From the IMG/VR virus record IMGVR_UViG_3300032132_000748: a stretch of DNA of 64,000 bases, one strand, 5' to 3'. A model generated the notes under the pieces. The model saw only the letters and a list, made by a program, of their open reading frames with translations. It did not search any database and was not told the origin of the DNA. Positions within the stretch are counted from its first letter, which is position 1; every line of letters starts with the position of its first letter. This document shows positions 28,842 to 38,970 of this stretch, one piece after another. Source of the DNA: a virus (Duplodnaviria > Caudoviricetes). The position numbers were made by a program, and so were the translations under genes.

Positions 28842-29231
28842 ATGGTTGGTTGGATAATTTGTGTTGAGGACTCTGTCGCTAAAGACAAAGCAACGAAACT
28901 GGTTCGTGGAGACCGTGAGACTGCGGAGGCTAAGCGAGATTCTTTACAGGAAAAGTATGACGCTATACAGAAGAATCGCTTTAGAGTTGTTATTTCCGCA
29001 CCCGTTAACGAGATTGAATTAGAGAGTCAAGCTAAAGTCAAGTTTACCTTGCCTGATGAGCTTGATTCTAGTCTTATGATGCGGGTTGTTTCTGAAATTG
29101 ATCCCTTTCTTGTTTCTGAAGATGAAAATATGATCGAGCTTGACTCGAACATGCTTCCTGATTTGGAGCAACTTGTAAGAGATTACAACGAAAAGTCGGA
29201 AACTGGTGGGCTATCATTTCAGGTGATGTGA
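28842..29231 (+). CDS. Hypothetical protein
   Basis: GGAG RBS. Confidence 0.7.
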   Translation: MVGWIICVEDSVAKDKATKLVRGDRETAEAKRDSLQEKYDAIQKNRFRVVISAPVNEIELESQAKVKFTLPDELDSSLMMRVVSEIDPFLVSEDENMIELDSNMLPDLEQLVRDYNEKSETGGLSFQVM

Positions 29232-29506
29232 TTCAACCACCCTTAGGTGCGTTTATTAGAATTACGAAACCAACTTTTGGATCTCGTATATCTAAGATGT
29301 ATACACACATAGCGGTACCTGCAGGTACTCTTGCAGTTGTTATAGAACACTGTAGCAATCCTAAGTTTGGTAATTTTCGAGTTGCTACTTTGAAATATGT
29401 GAAAAGCCGTAAGAGATGGGAACAAACAAAAGTTCTTGCCTTTTTAAGTTTTGGAGATGTCTTCAGCCCTACGATCTGGGAACCTGTAGGTTCTCTAACA
29501 CTATAG
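29228..29506 (+). CDS. Hypothetical protein
   Basis: GTGA coupling; followed by terminator. Confidence 0.6.
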   Translation: MIQPPLGAFIRITKPTFGSRISKMYTHIAVPAGTLAVVIEHCSNPKFGNFRVATLKYVKSRKRWEQTKVLAFLSFGDVFSPTIWEPVGSLTL

Positions 29507-29519
29507 CCAAAACTCAAGC

Positions 29520-29553
29520 AAAAATGCCCAGACCTAGGTCTGGGCATTTTTTT
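29520..29553. terminator. Bidirectional terminator (perfect palindrome)
   Basis: AAAAATGCCCAGACCTAGGTCTGGGCATTTTT. Confidence 0.85.
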
Positions 29554-29777
29554 GTACACTTTTATCTTGCCGTAACTTGTTTGTTCTCGATAATGTTATT
29601 TTGAGACTTTTGTAAACTATTGCTACTTAAGTATTTAGAGAAGGTGTAACATGTAACGTCAAAAAACCGGAATTCCAATCTTCTCTAACATCAGTTTAGC
29701 AACCTGCTGAAGTATATGCAAGATAATTTTAAAAGACTCTTCTCGCTTATTATAGTCTCAAATCCTATAATATAAAT

Positions 29778-30263
29778 ATGAAATGGATAAGACATAAGAA
29801 AAGTTGGGACATTGTTCCAATGCTCATCATAGAGGGAGACGTCGATATCATCACTAAATATATTTGGGAAACATCAGAGTCAGTTGGTGAGGCAGAACGA
29901 GAATTCATGATTGAAGATGAAGATACATGTAAACTCGACCCCGGTGGGATGTATAACATGAAAATTCCACACGCCCAATTTAATATTGATGGTGCATCCT
30001 TTGATATTCAACTTTCTAGAATAGAAGATGTTCTATACTTGATGGAACATGGAAAAGAAAGAATTCCAGGGTATATTAGATTCAGGCAGTGGAGATGGTT
30101 TGTGATCTTACCAAAGCTGATGTTTATTAAGCTCAAAGATAAGTTGAAGGAATTAGAGAAGAGTGATGCGGCAATGAACGCCGAGCTTACAGAACGGAAC
30201 ATCTATGATGATCTTGTTGAGGGTGGAATTATCATCAACGCTAAAAAGAAGCCAAATATTTGA
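29778..30263 (+). CDS. Hypothetical protein
   Basis: 161-aa ORF; TATAAT 6 nt before ATG. Confidence 0.7.
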   Translation: MKWIRHKKSWDIVPMLIIEGDVDIITKYIWETSESVGEAEREFMIEDEDTCKLDPGGMYNMKIPHAQFNIDGASFDIQLSRIEDVLYLMEHGKERIPGYIRFRQWRWFVILPKLMFIKLKDKLKELEKSDAAMNAELTERNIYDDLVEGGIIINAKKKPNI

Positions 30264-30504
30264 AAATTCTAGATGTAACAAAAAAGGGTGTAGATGCGAA
30301 ACATATTGGATGTTACAAAATTTGCCGCATAACTCGAAGCAATGAAATGACTTACGTAGGGTCCCCAAGGTGTAACATGAGATGTAGATGGTATATACCC
30401 TCATCAGAAGTTTTTCGGAACCTCACATTTGTAAAAAATACTTTCAAATAATTTCTAAATGGTGACCAACTTAAAATTCATTCGTAGTAGTTGGACCGTG
30501 AAAT

Positions 30505-30790
30505 ACAGTTACGGTGTTACACCCCACTAAAAACAGCTTTCGTTGGCTAAAAAAAGCTATTTCGCGTAACTAGCCATTAGTTACACTCTAGTTACACTCT
30601 AGTTACTATTTGTTACACCTCAAATATGACATATAAACAGATGTTACATGAAACATATATATCTATTTATTTTAGTACTTAATAAGATGTACATCTAGAT
30701 ATCTATCTAATTTAGTTTCAATTGGTCATATTCATCGTCTGTTAGGGGGTAACTTCCCGAGTAAGGTCTAGTTACTAGTGGTTACGGCCA
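30505..30790. repeat. Cluster of GTTAC/GTAAC motifs including tandem TAGTTACACTC repeats; candidate replication origin
   Basis: TAGTTACACTC x2 plus TAGTTAC at 30578-30606; about 11 GTTAC/GTAAC copies; AT-rich stretch at 30650-30720. Confidence 0.5.
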
Positions 30791-30834
30791 TATCTGGCTA
30801 TTGCAAATATGTGAGACATAGATAATATCTATAT

Positions 30835-31182
30835 ATGAATGATATAGGGGGCATCCCAGGTTTTCAGGGTGGCGTAGGAACCGCACCACATATTGCATTA
30901 GGCACAACCACAGCTTCAACCATTGGCTGGGCCAGAGTCTATGGCGACGCTATGTTCCGTTGGCTGATGGCTAAGATGGAAGAGGCTCAAGAACTTGGCA
31001 ATGATTCTGATCACGCCTACTACCTAAGTAGGTGTGAAAGCTTTAATGAGGATTTCTTCGGAGAGATGAAAAAACATTTCACGAAGCTAGCAGGTAGGGC
31101 AGAAATTTTTTCCAAAAAAGATATGGAGATTTACAGAGAACAGGCAATGCTATTCGACTTCTTGCTGAGTCTGATTAATTAG
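30835..31182 (+). CDS. Hypothetical protein
   Basis: TTGCAA-16-TAATAT, 6 nt before ATG. Confidence 0.7.
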   Translation: MNDIGGIPGFQGGVGTAPHIALGTTTASTIGWARVYGDAMFRWLMAKMEEAQELGNDSDHAYYLSRCESFNEDFFGEMKKHFTKLAGRAEIFSKKDMEIYREQAMLFDFLLSLIN

Positions 31183-31216
31183 ATCGCGAAAGGTGCTGAT
31201 TTGATAATATACACAT

Positions 31217-31405
31217 ATGCGACTCCAAAGATTCATCCTCGATAACAACTATCGACCAAAGTTTGAAAATACAAAACCTCTCCGCAGAAACCCTAGAAGG
31301 TTTCCTCGCGAAAAGGCTGCATACTGCTTTAATCCTCACCCAAGCTATAACAGAGATATTTATAGCTGGTCAGACTACCTGAGAGGGAAACATCGATGGA
31401 AGTAA
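31217..31405 (+). CDS. Small basic RRNP-motif protein
   Basis: LRRNPRR; leaderless-type promoter. Confidence 0.6.
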   Translation: MRLQRFILDNNYRPKFENTKPLRRNPRRFPREKAAYCFNPHPSYNRDIYSWSDYLRGKHRWK

Positions 31406-33732
31406 TTCTACCCACTATTGAGGACTTCAACGAAATCCCAGCCGTTACCCTGACTACGGAACAATTAGAGGACCTTCAACATAATGGATGGAGAGTCCGG
31501 TGGTCCGAGCGTCGCCTTAACTATCGATCAGATTGGGACCTGTGGATGGGGTTCCGAGAGTTCGTTCAAAATGCTTTAGATGAAACTCAAGGTGTTGAGT
31601 GTAATTACGATATAGATTCTGGCACGTCTTATGTAGTTGACTATGGCGGCGGATTCAAGCCCATACACCTCTTACTTGGAGAGGTAAAAACATTTAGTTG
31701 GGAAGATAAGTATTGTGCTCGCGGTCATTTCGGAGAAGGGATGAAGATCGCCGTCCATCCCTTCTTAAGAAAGGATAAAAGAATATTCATTCGCACAGCA
31801 GGTTTCGACTTCACATTTGCGTCAGCACTTTACGAAAATAGTGATGTTCCTGTAGTCATTTCTTTACAGAGACCTAATAACTTCACGAAAGGTACAGTAG
31901 TGGCCTTAGAGGCTTTCGATTGCAGACCTTACCTAGAACGCTTTACCTTATCCCTGCCACCAAAAGAAATATTACTCAGTATTCAAAGCAATAGGCATAA
32001 TTGCCAAACTCCTCAAGTTCTTAATAAAATTGGATACATCTATGTTAGAGATATATTTGTACAAAAAAGCTACTACCCCTATCTGTTCGGCTATAATTTT
32101 TGGTTTGGAGAAAAAGTAACCGATGTTCTCGGACCAAACCGTAATAAATTTCTGGCTGAGGGGCGAGAATTAACCCGAGAATGGTCGCAATTCTTGCATC
32201 ATCAATCTTTTATCAAAGAGATGATCAAGCGATTCAAGGATTATAAGGAGGTAGGTAGATCGGAAGATGGCAGACCTTTTGAATACAAACTATTAGCGGA
32301 TGCTATGGAGGAACTCAGAGGCCCCACTTATGAAGATGAGCTTGAGCACGATGCAATTAAAATAACAGCTTGGATTGATGAAGCCATTAGAGAAGTTTTC
32401 CCCATCAAAGAAGACTATTCCTGGTCATCAAATTTTGATGAAGCAAAAATACTTAAACATTTAGACGTTTTTGATTTAGAGCCATACTTACCGGATATAT
32501 CGGAAATACTAAGCATGGCCAACTTTTGCAAACCTGTTGATTCTTGGCATAAATTACGTGATCTAGAAAAAGTTAATGAAATAACTACTACCCAGCTTGA
32601 AGAGGCTATTACAAGAGCTGGCAACGAGAGGATGAAGTATATTTATTCATATGATGAAGAGGGTAACTACTTACCGGATATATCAGAAGAAGAAGACGCT
32701 ATAAGAGTAAAAAAGCTAGGAGTCAAATGGCTTGCTGAAGATAGAAAAATTATAGCAGCGTATGAAGAATTACATAATCTTCTAGATAACTACTCCAGAG
32801 ATATGACCGGATATTCTTTTCATTTTTTCCTGAAACCTAACGAAATGGATTCAAAAGAAATTGATAAAGTAGGTGGATTTTGTAGCTACGATACACAATC
32901 TGTGTGGGTAAAGTTTAGTAAATTTACTTATACGAATATTACCGACGGTATTTTAGAAACCCTAAACCACGAACTGGCTCATGCGCTTTGTTTTGGAAAA
33001 TTTAACAATACTGAAAATTCAGTGTCAAAAGAAAAACGATACAGTGAGTGGTGCAGCGATCTAACTGATATGTTTGAACGATATCTAGTTAAAGTTGGAC
33101 TTCTAATGGTTAAAAAATGGCCACATCTTTACTCCGAGGTAGATCGATTGGTTAAAATTTTTGATCAGCCTCTCAAGTCACATGATGATGGTTGGAATAT
33201 TTCCCAGATACTTAACAATGAAGAAGAAGACACTCTCTCCGAGAGGAATCAAGAAGATGATACACCTAGCGAAGAGTATTTTAAATTAATAGAAATGATC
33301 AGCGGTTTAGATACTAATTGGATGCAAGGCTGTGTTAAATATCCCCAATTAGTAGATAAAAAAGATAGCTACCGATACAATGATTGTTGGAAGCCTCACA
33401 AAGAAATTTCCTACCAAGAACTAATAGATACCCAGGCAGAGAAAATAGCAGAAGAATACGCACCAGCAGTAGCCACGTATTTCGGATATTTGGGAGATAT
33501 AGAAATATCGCCAGATGAGATTGATAGAGATGAATTAGCGGAAGCTTTTATAAACCTAAGAGACTTCAAACAACAGATAGATGGAAATTTACTAGTTTGG
33601 AAGATAGGAAGAGCTATTATAGGAGATAGCTGGTATCACTCACACTATTTCTATTCAGCCAAAGGTTCTTGGGATACTGAGCTGGCTAAGAAAAGGGCCA
33701 CTAGAGCGATTACTGCCTGGGCAAGTCAATAA
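31396..33732 (+). CDS. GHKL (HATPase_c)-like ATPase fused to HExxH metallopeptidase-like domain
   Basis: REFVQNALD, DYGGG, GHFGEGMK, KGT boxes; LNHELAHAL. Confidence 0.75.
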   Translation: MEVILPTIEDFNEIPAVTLTTEQLEDLQHNGWRVRWSERRLNYRSDWDLWMGFREFVQNALDETQGVECNYDIDSGTSYVVDYGGGFKPIHLLLGEVKTFSWEDKYCARGHFGEGMKIAVHPFLRKDKRIFIRTAGFDFTFASALYENSDVPVVISLQRPNNFTKGTVVALEAFDCRPYLERFTLSLPPKEILLSIQSNRHNCQTPQVLNKIGYIYVRDIFVQKSYYPYLFGYNFWFGEKVTDVLGPNRNKFLAEGRELTREWSQFLHHQSFIKEMIKRFKDYKEVGRSEDGRPFEYKLLADAMEELRGPTYEDELEHDAIKITAWIDEAIREVFPIKEDYSWSSNFDEAKILKHLDVFDLEPYLPDISEILSMANFCKPVDSWHKLRDLEKVNEITTTQLEEAITRAGNERMKYIYSYDEEGNYLPDISEEEDAIRVKKLGVKWLAEDRKIIAAYEELHNLLDNYSRDMTGYSFHFFLKPNEMDSKEIDKVGGFCSYDTQSVWVKFSKFTYTNITDGILETLNHELAHALCFGKFNNTENSVSKEKRYSEWCSDLTDMFERYLVKVGLLMVKKWPHLYSEVDRLVKIFDQPLKSHDDGWNISQILNNEEEDTLSERNQEDDTPSEEYFKLIEMISGLDTNWMQGCVKYPQLVDKKDSYRYNDCWKPHKEISYQELIDTQAEKIAEEYAPAVATYFGYLGDIEISPDEIDRDELAEAFINLRDFKQQIDGNLLVWKIGRAIIGDSWYHSHYFYSAKGSWDTELAKKRATRAITAWASQ

Positions 33733-34671
33733 ATGGATAGAAGATTAACAGAACTGCGAAGACGGGCTAGATCCGGTGATGTCAGCGCACAACTATCTTA
33801 TTGGATCCATCAAATCCGTGCGGGACTGACATCTTCTACATACTTAGATATGTTAGCAATGATCGGAGATCCTCTTGCTACCAAAGTATCGAATTACAAA
33901 CTTCCTAGAGGAGTAAGTTATATCAATGGCGCGGTAAAATTACTACAGGACCCGAAAGCACCAAAAAAAGCCTTATATGACTTTTACATACACATTCTAG
34001 AATATACACTACACCAGTGGGAGAAATATCATCCAGATTACAGAAAGTTTAAAGAAACAAATCAGGCTTACATAGATATATTCAAAAGTTTAGGACCTGG
34101 CAGCCCTCCCCGTAGTGAGGATATGAAACTTATAATCAGTTCCATATTTAACACGTTTCACGACAGAGCAGCTACACGTTCTCAATTGTCTGTTCAAGGA
34201 GTAAGCCATCCACCAGAATGTAATACGATGGGTGAGTTAGATTTGATGGAACTAGCTTTTCGCTTCTTGAGACCAATTGAGCAACAAAACGGGCGAATGA
34301 ATTCTCTACTAGAGGAACTAGGCATTGAACCAATTGATAATAATATTAGATGGAGCAAACATATAAAACTTTCTAAACTAGGGGCTTTTATGTCTGAACA
34401 CGGAGGATGGATTGGTTCTCTTAACTTAATCCTACCCCATGATGACGAATACTATGACGCAGGTTGGTGCTCACTAGATTTCCATAGTTTTATGCATCGT
34501 CCTTGGGAATCATATCTAATAGGTATGATCAAGGACTTAAGCTCATCCCAAAGAAGCATTTTCCCTTGGGACTACATAAACAACCACAGCCGCAGTGAAC
34601 TTAAACAAGTAGATAGAGAAATCAAATTTGAAATCATTAGAAGCTTTGCTCTAAGTAAACTAGATAATTGA
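33733..34671 (+). CDS. Hypothetical protein with D.RL..L.R.AR.GD N-terminal motif
   Basis: N-terminus shared with 42077..42667. Confidence 0.75.
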   Translation: MDRRLTELRRRARSGDVSAQLSYWIHQIRAGLTSSTYLDMLAMIGDPLATKVSNYKLPRGVSYINGAVKLLQDPKAPKKALYDFYIHILEYTLHQWEKYHPDYRKFKETNQAYIDIFKSLGPGSPPRSEDMKLIISSIFNTFHDRAATRSQLSVQGVSHPPECNTMGELDLMELAFRFLRPIEQQNGRMNSLLEELGIEPIDNNIRWSKHIKLSKLGAFMSEHGGWIGSLNLILPHDDEYYDAGWCSLDFHSFMHRPWESYLIGMIKDLSSSQRSIFPWDYINNHSRSELKQVDREIKFEIIRSFALSKLDN

Positions 34672-34694
34672 TATAATAAATCCCGGAGATACAT

Positions 34695-35384
34695 ATGCCC
34701 TTAACCGCTAGTGAACACCAAAAAATTGCAGCTCTACAGCAAATAGCTAATCTAGTTGGGCAAGCACAGAGTGTTGCAGGTAATCCCAACGTTTTAAATA
34801 ACGTAATAAATAATACACTTCCTCTTATTTCTCAATGGGAGAGAAGCGATCCTGAGTTTCAAGAATTAGCAATTCAATTACGGCGTGCTCGGGTTGATAA
34901 AGCTCCACATAACCTAATGAACATAGCTGGGCAAGCTCAGCGAATGATCGCTATGGTTCGTGGCGTCTCTCCTGTGCGTCGCGATTGGGAGGGTGACCCG
35001 GTTGTATGGGATCCTATTCGTGGCAGCGTGAGTAGCCCTATATTCGACCCTAACGAACCAATCACACCTAACACTCACATGGGCTGGCGCGGGTCACAAA
35101 AACATCCCTGGGGTAAGGCTTTCCCTACTAAAAATATGATTGAAGGTCTTGGCGACTATAACGGAGTTATTGGAACTGCCGGAAGTTTGTTCGGAACTCT
35201 TTTCAAAGTAATTGCCCTCTGTTCTGGTTCTGTATTAGCTATTCACGGTTATGAGCGAAATAATCGCTCTCTACCTATGGGTGTTGTTTGGGGTGTCCTA
35301 GGTGGCGCTGCCTGGCCCGTAGGGCTTTTCCTGATGTATCAGCAAGGTTTTGCCGGTAATACTCCAGATTTGTCCATGGCATAG
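34695..35384 (+). CDS. Membrane protein with EGLGDY motif
   Basis: Two C-terminal TM helices; GGAG RBS. Confidence 0.75.
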   Translation: MPLTASEHQKIAALQQIANLVGQAQSVAGNPNVLNNVINNTLPLISQWERSDPEFQELAIQLRRARVDKAPHNLMNIAGQAQRMIAMVRGVSPVRRDWEGDPVVWDPIRGSVSSPIFDPNEPITPNTHMGWRGSQKHPWGKAFPTKNMIEGLGDYNGVIGTAGSLFGTLFKVIALCSGSVLAIHGYERNNRSLPMGVVWGVLGGAAWPVGLFLMYQQGFAGNTPDLSMA

Positions 35385-35416
35385 ACTACGTAGTTTCAAT
35401 TGCTTATCATCCGAGA

Positions 35417-35887
35417 ATGAATATTCAAATATCTATAGATGCCGCCAGAGCAAATTTTCTTCTAATTACCAAACACTTAGAAGATATTCCCAAAGCAAAA
35501 CAAGGCCAAGTTTTGGAATACTTATCTTTCGGCCTTAAACAACTAGATCATTTAGAAGAGCTTGTTGGATCAAAACCACGAATGGTTAGAGAAAATTTAC
35601 CTTCTAATGAAGAAGTTATGGGTCAGATATGGAATGACATGAATACCACATCCATGTCTGATTATAAAATCATGCTAATGAGGCTTGAACCACATATGAT
35701 GGCGGGTAACAAAATAAATGGTTATCTTGATACACACCATCTTCCTACAACTATTCCAGATATTATAGAGAAGACCGGTATGAAATATGGTGGTGGGAAG
35801 TATCAACTTCGTATTGTTGATGATTCTGGAAAATACGTCAAATCAAAAACTTTTGAAATCTCAGGACTTCCCAAGCTCCCCGAATAA
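35417..35887 (+). CDS. Hypothetical protein carrying a copy of an 85-aa domain from 19111..21912
   Basis: 66/85 identical residues by manual alignment. Confidence 0.8.
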   Translation: MNIQISIDAARANFLLITKHLEDIPKAKQGQVLEYLSFGLKQLDHLEELVGSKPRMVRENLPSNEEVMGQIWNDMNTTSMSDYKIMLMRLEPHMMAGNKINGYLDTHHLPTTIPDIIEKTGMKYGGGKYQLRIVDDSGKYVKSKTFEISGLPKLPE

Positions 35888-36037
35888 TTTAGGGAGTTCT
35901 TCAAAGGTACAACCTCGACAGCCTTTGCCTGCAGAACAATGTTCCTGAAGCTCTTCGAGGGTGGTCAGGGATTTATCTAAAATTATCTGGATAATTTCTT
36001 CTGACGTAACTTGAAAACAATGACAAATGTAGTCCAT
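35861..36037 (-). CDS. BFD-like [2Fe-2S]-binding protein (58 aa)
   Basis: Not in track: MDYICHCFQVT...TLEELQ..CSAGKGCRGC; directly downstream of iscS. Confidence 0.8.
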   Translation of the reverse strand: MDYICHCFQVTSEEIIQIILDKSLTTLEELQEHCSAGKGCRGCTFEELPKLFGELGKS

Positions 36038-36044
36038 GATGATC

Positions 36045-37160
36045 CTATAGTGTTTTTACCGCGGATATAATTCTTTGCGTAGCTAATAAAATATCATTAG
36101 GCTTGGTAAATCTTCCAGCAGAAATTCTCAAAGTATTTCTAGCGTAGCTTGCAGGCAAACCCATACTCAGCAAAACCTTTGAAGGCGTAGCAGAAGCACA
36201 TCCGCATGCAGAAGCTGTCGAAGCAGCCACTCCCCGTAGATTTCTAATAACTAGTTTTTCATATGGAAATGAAATATTACTTATAACACCGTTCCTTGGA
36301 GCGTCCGACCCATTGATAATTACTTTGGGAATTTTTTTGAGCTGATCTTCCATATGTTTCATTGCTTTACTGATTGGGTTGATCCAAGAAGTATCTTTTA
36401 CGGCAATTTCTAATGCGCGAGCAAAAGCAACTATTAAGGGAACAGCCGTTGTGCCGGAACGGATACCAAATTCCTGACCGCCACCCACTAAAAGCGGACT
36501 TACCTTAAGATCAGGACGAATCCACAAACAACCCACACCTTTTGGCGCGTTAAACTTATGGCCACTAAATGAAGCCATATCTACATATTTTAAAACGTTC
36601 AAAGGTATCTTACCTACCGCTTGAACAGCATCAGTATGTAATAACATGTTATAGCGAGTAGCTATATCCGATATTTTCTTTAATGGCTGAACTACCCCCG
36701 TTTCGTTGTTAACTAACATCACACTAATTAAACTAGCATTTGAATGTCTTGCTAGAGATTCCAGATGATCTACATCAATTAAACCATTTGGAAGAGTTTT
36801 GATTTTTAAAACTTTAATACCCCTATTAAGAATAAATTTTGTAGATTCCTCGATACAAGCGTGTTCGATGGAGCTAACTATGAGAGCACAGTCTTGCTTC
36901 TGCAAGCAGCTTATACCTCGTAGCGCAAGGTTATTAGCCTCTGTCGCACCACTGGTGAAGATGATCCCCTTCGGGGAAAGCCCTAGTAAATCACCTACTC
37001 GTTGTCGAGCAGTCTCAAGAGCTTGTTTCGAAGCTCTTCCATAAGAATGTGTTGTGTTACTGCAATTACCCCAGAATTTCTGTTCGGCAGCCATGTAAAT
37101 TTTCAAGACTTCCGGATGAAGAGGGGTTGCCGCAGCATTATCTAGATATATCTCATCCAT
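36045..37160 (-). CDS. iscS: Cysteine desulfurase (IscS/NifS family)
   Basis: YLDNAAATP, FTSGATEANN, VNNETG, HTDAVQ, SGHKF..PKG.G, GGGQE.G.RSGT, STASAC. Confidence 0.93.
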   Translation of the reverse strand: MDEIYLDNAAATPLHPEVLKIYMAAEQKFWGNCSNTTHSYGRASKQALETARQRVGDLLGLSPKGIIFTSGATEANNLALRGISCLQKQDCALIVSSIEHACIEESTKFILNRGIKVLKIKTLPNGLIDVDHLESLARHSNASLISVMLVNNETGVVQPLKKISDIATRYNMLLHTDAVQAVGKIPLNVLKYVDMASFSGHKFNAPKGVGCLWIRPDLKVSPLLVGGGQEFGIRSGTTAVPLIVAFARALEIAVKDTSWINPISKAMKHMEDQLKKIPKVIINGSDAPRNGVISNISFPYEKLVIRNLRGVAASTASACGCASATPSKVLLSMGLPASYARNTLRISAGRFTKPNDILLATQRIISAVKTL

Positions 37161-37203
37161 AACTATATAATATCATCTTTTACGAACTTGCTATAATAGT
37201 ATC

Positions 37204-38907
37204 GTGTATGTAGACATTCCCGAAGAGCTAACTTCAGAGTCTTTAGATGATTGGAGTGATGAGGTCAAAGCAGAATTAGATTTATGGATCTTCTCTTTGA
37301 CACTGCATCGAAATGGAGATATTAAATTAGATTCCATAATAGTTAAACCAGATGAGTTGAAACAAGGGAAAGGCACTAAAGCGATGAACCAGCTCATCGA
37401 ATTAGCTGATAGACATCAAAGAAAACTCTGGTTGTCTCCAGGAAAAAAGGACCCTTATCACAAAACAACAAGTCGAGCCAGGCTAGTTAGGTTTTACAAA
37501 AGGTTCGGATTTATAGAGAATAAAGGGAGAAATTTTGGAGGTCATGGAGCTATGTTTAGAAAACCCCATGGAAGAAGAAATCCAGTAGCTCCTTTACCTT
37601 CTGGATTTCAAGATTCTATAGCACTAATGACTTTGAAAGAATTCCTTGATTACAGAAACCCTCGGGGTAAGTGGCATGATGAGGAATCTTACAATTTCGA
37701 CTTAGAAGATATGAATAGAAACTACAAGATTCAACATCTTGAAGACTATAGAACACGTGAAGTAATATTTAGGACTTACCGGAACGGCGATAGTTATCTT
37801 ATCTACTCTGCTGTTGATAGCAGAGATAGATTTAAACTTGTAGCTATTATATATGAAAATACACTTTATTATGAAAAACCTTCTCTTGTTTGGCGACTAC
37901 CAGGTGGTTATCGAGATTCTAATGACTCTTGGGTATCATTCAACATTTCTGAAAAGAAACGAATAAAGTATCTAGATGAGATGTTAGAACTAATTAACAA
38001 TATCAAGCAGGAAAATCTTGATAGGTACCCTTACCTACACCAAAGAATAAGATTACAGGGAGAGTCTTTTCAGATTAGATTTGAAAAACAGCCAGAGCAT
38101 GATGCCGGAACAATTATAGCTGTCCTAAACTCCGAAGGACAAGCAGTAGCTAAAGCCCAACCAGAGTGGGGCGCAACACTAGTAGTAGTAGCTCAGGAAT
38201 ATCGAGGCAGAGGTTTAGGACCCATCATCAGCCAACTCTGGTATGACTGGAATCCAGGCTACCCATCAGGAGGTTTTACTGGCTCGGGACTAAACAACGC
38301 AACAAGAACTTGGGAGAACGCCGTTCGGTTATACCGATCTAAGGGCTGGTATTCAGAGCTGCTCAAACAAGGACATATATCCAAAGAGCGCCTCAAAGAA
38401 ATTTTTGGAAAATTATCTAAAAAGTCCCCACCTAAAAAAAGAATAATTTCCCAGGAAAAGAAGGTATTAATTTACGTTGAACGGGATACAGAACATGGGC
38501 ATCCTGAATGGGGACCAACTTTTGCTATATACGACGAAGCCTTCCTAACTGAGCCAGATGAAAAACATATCTACGGATTTGGTTTCTTCCGAAATAATCG
38601 CGCTGGAACATATCTCTTTGCGATCGATTACGAAAGAGAGTTCGACAAAATCACTACGTATGTCGCTCTCCAGATAGCGAGAAACAATAATGAGAAAATA
38701 TATGCCGGAAATGATTACGGAGCAGATATATTAGAGCTCTCCAATTTAAATCACGTTCAAGTTGAGGAAGATTATGCATATCTTACAGAAGATGTTCTGA
38801 ACTTAGAACTATTTCGGAATGTAGAACGTAGGCTAAGAAATCTGAAGGATCCTCTGGGAGAAAAATACCATTTATTGCTAGAGATGGCTCATACCAAATG
38901 GTTGTAA
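37204..38907 (+). CDS. Multi-domain protein with two GNAT-like acetyltransferase domains
   Basis: KQGKGT...RLVRFYKRFGF; VAQEYRGRGLG; internal GRRNP. Confidence 0.7.
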   Translation: MYVDIPEELTSESLDDWSDEVKAELDLWIFSLTLHRNGDIKLDSIIVKPDELKQGKGTKAMNQLIELADRHQRKLWLSPGKKDPYHKTTSRARLVRFYKRFGFIENKGRNFGGHGAMFRKPHGRRNPVAPLPSGFQDSIALMTLKEFLDYRNPRGKWHDEESYNFDLEDMNRNYKIQHLEDYRTREVIFRTYRNGDSYLIYSAVDSRDRFKLVAIIYENTLYYEKPSLVWRLPGGYRDSNDSWVSFNISEKKRIKYLDEMLELINNIKQENLDRYPYLHQRIRLQGESFQIRFEKQPEHDAGTIIAVLNSEGQAVAKAQPEWGATLVVVAQEYRGRGLGPIISQLWYDWNPGYPSGGFTGSGLNNATRTWENAVRLYRSKGWYSELLKQGHISKERLKEIFGKLSKKSPPKKRIISQEKKVLIYVERDTEHGHPEWGPTFAIYDEAFLTEPDEKHIYGFGFFRNNRAGTYLFAIDYEREFDKITTYVALQIARNNNEKIYAGNDYGADILELSNLNHVQVEEDYAYLTEDVLNLELFRNVERRLRNLKDPLGEKYHLLLEMAHTKWL

Positions 38908-38970
38908 AATCTGTTAAGGGATACTGAAGTTTAATAATATCCACCCGGATATTATTAATACCCTCCTCGC

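Noticed and set aside
30260-30451. 63-aa ORF
   Set aside because: TTG start, no recognisable features, lies within the GTAAC motif field; coding status unsupported
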